The notes under the pieces: generated by a model
Seen by the model: the letters and a program-made list of their open reading frames with translations, nothing else
The model's database searches: none
What the model was told of the DNA's origin: nothing
Position numbers and translations under genes: made by a program
In this document: in pieces, positions 45,261-47,925 of the stretch
Position numbering within the stretch: position 1 is the first letter of the stretch
Layout: each line of letters starts with the position of its first letter
Source of the DNA: Cyanophora paradoxa CCMP329
Taxonomy: Eukaryota > Plantae > Glaucophyta
DNA length: 47,925 nt
Reading direction: 5' to 3'
NCBI GenBank assembly: GCA_004431415.1
Contig: QPMI01000105.1
Location: 1-47,925, forward strand

Positions 45261-47925
45261 AAATCTCTCTGGGGGAATATGCACAAGGCGCTAGCCTTAG
45301 GGAGATGACCCACCCACCAGCAAGTCACCCAGTCAGAGGCCGCAGGTTTCCGATCTGCCACAAAATAGAAGAAGGATGCACCCCAAATCTCTCTGGGGGA
45401 ATATGCACAAGGCGCTAGCCTTAGGCAGATGACCCACACAAAACCTTTCCAGGGGGAACATGCACAAGGCGCTAGCCTTAGGCTGGTGCACCCTGCCCAG
45501 CAGAGGCCCTGTACGAGGCTCTGTTCTTCCATGTGGGATCCCTGCCGAGTGTTTGGGGACTTGAATGTTTCCTGGGTTCACTCCCTCTTAGCGCTGGTCA
45601 GTTTGAATTCCCGTCGGGCCCACAAAAGCAAGGTCAGGTGCTCACAAAAACATTCCAGGGGCAGATGACCCTCCCAAAAGCAAGACACTCAGTCAAAGGC
45701 CCCAGGTTTCCGATCTGCCACAAAATAGAAGAAGGATGCACTTCAAATCTCTCTGGGGGAATATGCACAAGGCGCTAGCCTTAGGCAGATGACCCTCCCA
45801 AAAGCAAGACACTCAGTCAAAGGCCCCAGGTTTCCGATCTGCCACAAAATAGAAGAAGGATGCACTTCAAATCTCTCTGGGGGAATATGCAAAAGGCGCT
45901 AGCCTTAGGCAGATGACCCTCCCAAAAGCAAGTCACTCAGTCAGAGGCCCCAGGTTTCAGAAAGATGCACCCCAAATCTCTCTGGGGGAATATGCACAAG
46001 GCGCTAGCCTTAGGCAGATGACCCACCCACCAGCAAGTCACTCAGTCGAACGCCCCAGGTTTCCGATCTGCCACAAAATAGAAGAAACATGCACCCCAAA
46101 TCTCTCTGGGGGAATATGCACAAGGCGCTAGCCTTAGGCAGATGACCCACCCACCAGCAAGTCACTCAGTCGAAGGCCCCAGGTTTCCGATCTGCCAAAA
46201 AGAGAAGAAAGATGCACCCCAAATCTCTCTGGGGGAATATGCACAAGGCGCTAGCCTTAGGCAGATGACCCACCCACCAGCAAGTCACTCAGTCATAGGC
46301 CCCTGGTTTCTCATCTGCCAGAAAATAGAAGAAAGATGCACCCCAAATCTCTCTGGGGGAATATGCACAAGGCGCTAGCCTTGGGCAGATGACCCTCCCA
46401 AAAGCAAGACACTCAGTCAAAGGCCCCAGGTTTCCGATCTGCCACAAAATAGAAGAAGGATGCACTTCAAATCTCTCTGGGGGAATATGCACAAGGCGCT
46501 AGCCTTAGGCAGATGACCCTCCCAAAAGCAAGACACTCAGTCAAAGGCCCCAGGTTTCCGATCTGCCACAAAATAGAAGAAGGATGCACTTCAAATCTCT
46601 CTGGGGGAATATGCAAAATGCGCTAGCCTTAGGCAGATGACCCTCCCAAAAGCAAGTCACTCAGTCAGAGGCCCCAGGTTTCAGAAAGATGCACCCCAAA
46701 TCTCTCTGGGGGAATATGCACAAGGCGCTAGTCTTAGGCAGATGACCCACCCACCAGAAAGTCACTCAGTCGAAGGCCCCAGGTTTCCGATCCGCAACAA
46801 AATAGAAGAAAGATGTACCCCAAATCCCTCTGGGGGAATATGCACAAGGCGCTAGCCTTAGGCAGAGGACCCACCCACCAGCAAGTCACTCAGTCCAACT
46901 CCGCAGGTTTCCGATCTGCCACAAAATAGAAGAAACATGCACCCCAAATCTCTCTGGGGGAATATGCACAAGGCGCTAGCCGTAGGCAGATGACCCACCC
47001 ACCAGCAAGTCACTCAGTCGACGGCCCCAGGTTTCCGATCTGCCAAAAAGAGAAGAAAGATGCACCCCAAATCTCTCTGGGGGAACATGCACAAGGCGCT
47101 AGCCTTAGGCAGATGACCCACCCACCAGCAAGTCACTCAGTCATAGGCCCCTGGTTTCCAATCTGCCAGAAAATAGAAGAAAGATGCACCCCAAATCTCT
47201 CTGGGGGAATATGCAAAAGGCGCTAGCCTTGGGCAGATGACCCTCCCAAAAGCACGACACTCAGTCAAAGGCCCCAGGTTTCCGATCTGCCACAAAATAG
47301 AAGAAGGATGCACTTCAAATCTCTCTGGGGGAATATGCACAAGGCGCTAGCCTTAGGCAGATGACCCTCCCAAAAGCAAGACACTCAGTCAAAGGCCCCA
47401 GGTTTCCGATCTGCCACAAAATAGAAGAAGGATGCACTTCAAATCTCTCTGGGGAATATGCAAAAGGCGCTAGCCTTAGGCAGATGACCCTCCCAAAAGC
47501 AAGTCACTCAGTCAGAGGCCCCAGGTTTCAGAAAGATGCACCCCAAATCTCTCTGGGGGAATATGCACAAGGCGCTAGTCTTAGGCAGATGACCCACCCA
47601 CCAGAAAGTCACTCAGTCGAAGGCCCCAGGTTTCCGATCCGCAACAAAATAGAAGAAAGATGTACCCCAAATCCCTCTGGGGGAATATGCACAAGGCGCT
47701 AGCCTTAGGCAGAGGACCCACCCACCAGCAAGTCACTCAGTCCAACTCCGCAGGTTTCCGATCTGCCACAAAATAGAAGAAACATGCACCCCAAATCTCT
47801 CTGGGGGAATATGCACAAGGCGCTAGCCGTAGGCAGATGACCCACCCACCAGCAAGTCACTCAGTCGAAGGCCCCAGGTTTCCGATCTGCCAAAAAAGAG
47901 AAGAAAGATGCACCCCAAATCTCTC
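45261..47925 (+). repeat. S2 satellite array (one S1 monomer at ~45437-45661) with 724/848-bp higher-order periods
   Basis: 124-bp spacing with a recurrent ~105-bp variant. ORF offsets 45913/46637 and 46142/46990. Confidence 0.97.

Noticed and set aside
5563-47702. Many short ORFs such as MHKALALG... and MTHPPASHS...
   Set aside because: Translations of satellite monomers in shifting frames.
45261-47925. S2 as 5S rRNA, tRNA or spliced-leader array; TTAGGC as telomere repeat
   Set aside because: Only the length resembles 5S; no recognisable RNA-gene motifs; TTAGGC occurs once per monomer, not in tandem.

Overview
Eukaryotic, heterochromatin-like window with three components. (1) Two related satellite families: S1 (~205-206 bp) and S2 (~124 bp). 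They share a core GGGGGAAYATGCACAAGGC-GCTA-GCCTTAGGC and occur in blocks of both orientations. (2) Scrambled Ty3/Gypsy LTR retrotransposons of several lineages, labelled here A, C, D and E, plus a non-autonomous relative B. (3) Four intronless non-TE genes among the repeats: a DegT/DnrJ/EryC1/StrS sugar aminotransferase, a GT17 glycosyltransferase, a GDP-mannose 4,6-dehydratase and a tentative glycosyltransferase-like gene. The last is split into halves ~34 kb apart that rejoin in frame at a 4-bp ATTC overlap. Several rearrangements can be reconstructed by eye: a 4.8-kb inversion through element C, a 5.7-kb tandem duplication with a templated filler, a 2.9-kb duplication and fold-backs. Many breakpoints fall on the tip of the satellite core hairpin. 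No RNA gene or CRISPR array was recognised. The organism was not identified, and all family calls are from motif recognition, not database searches.
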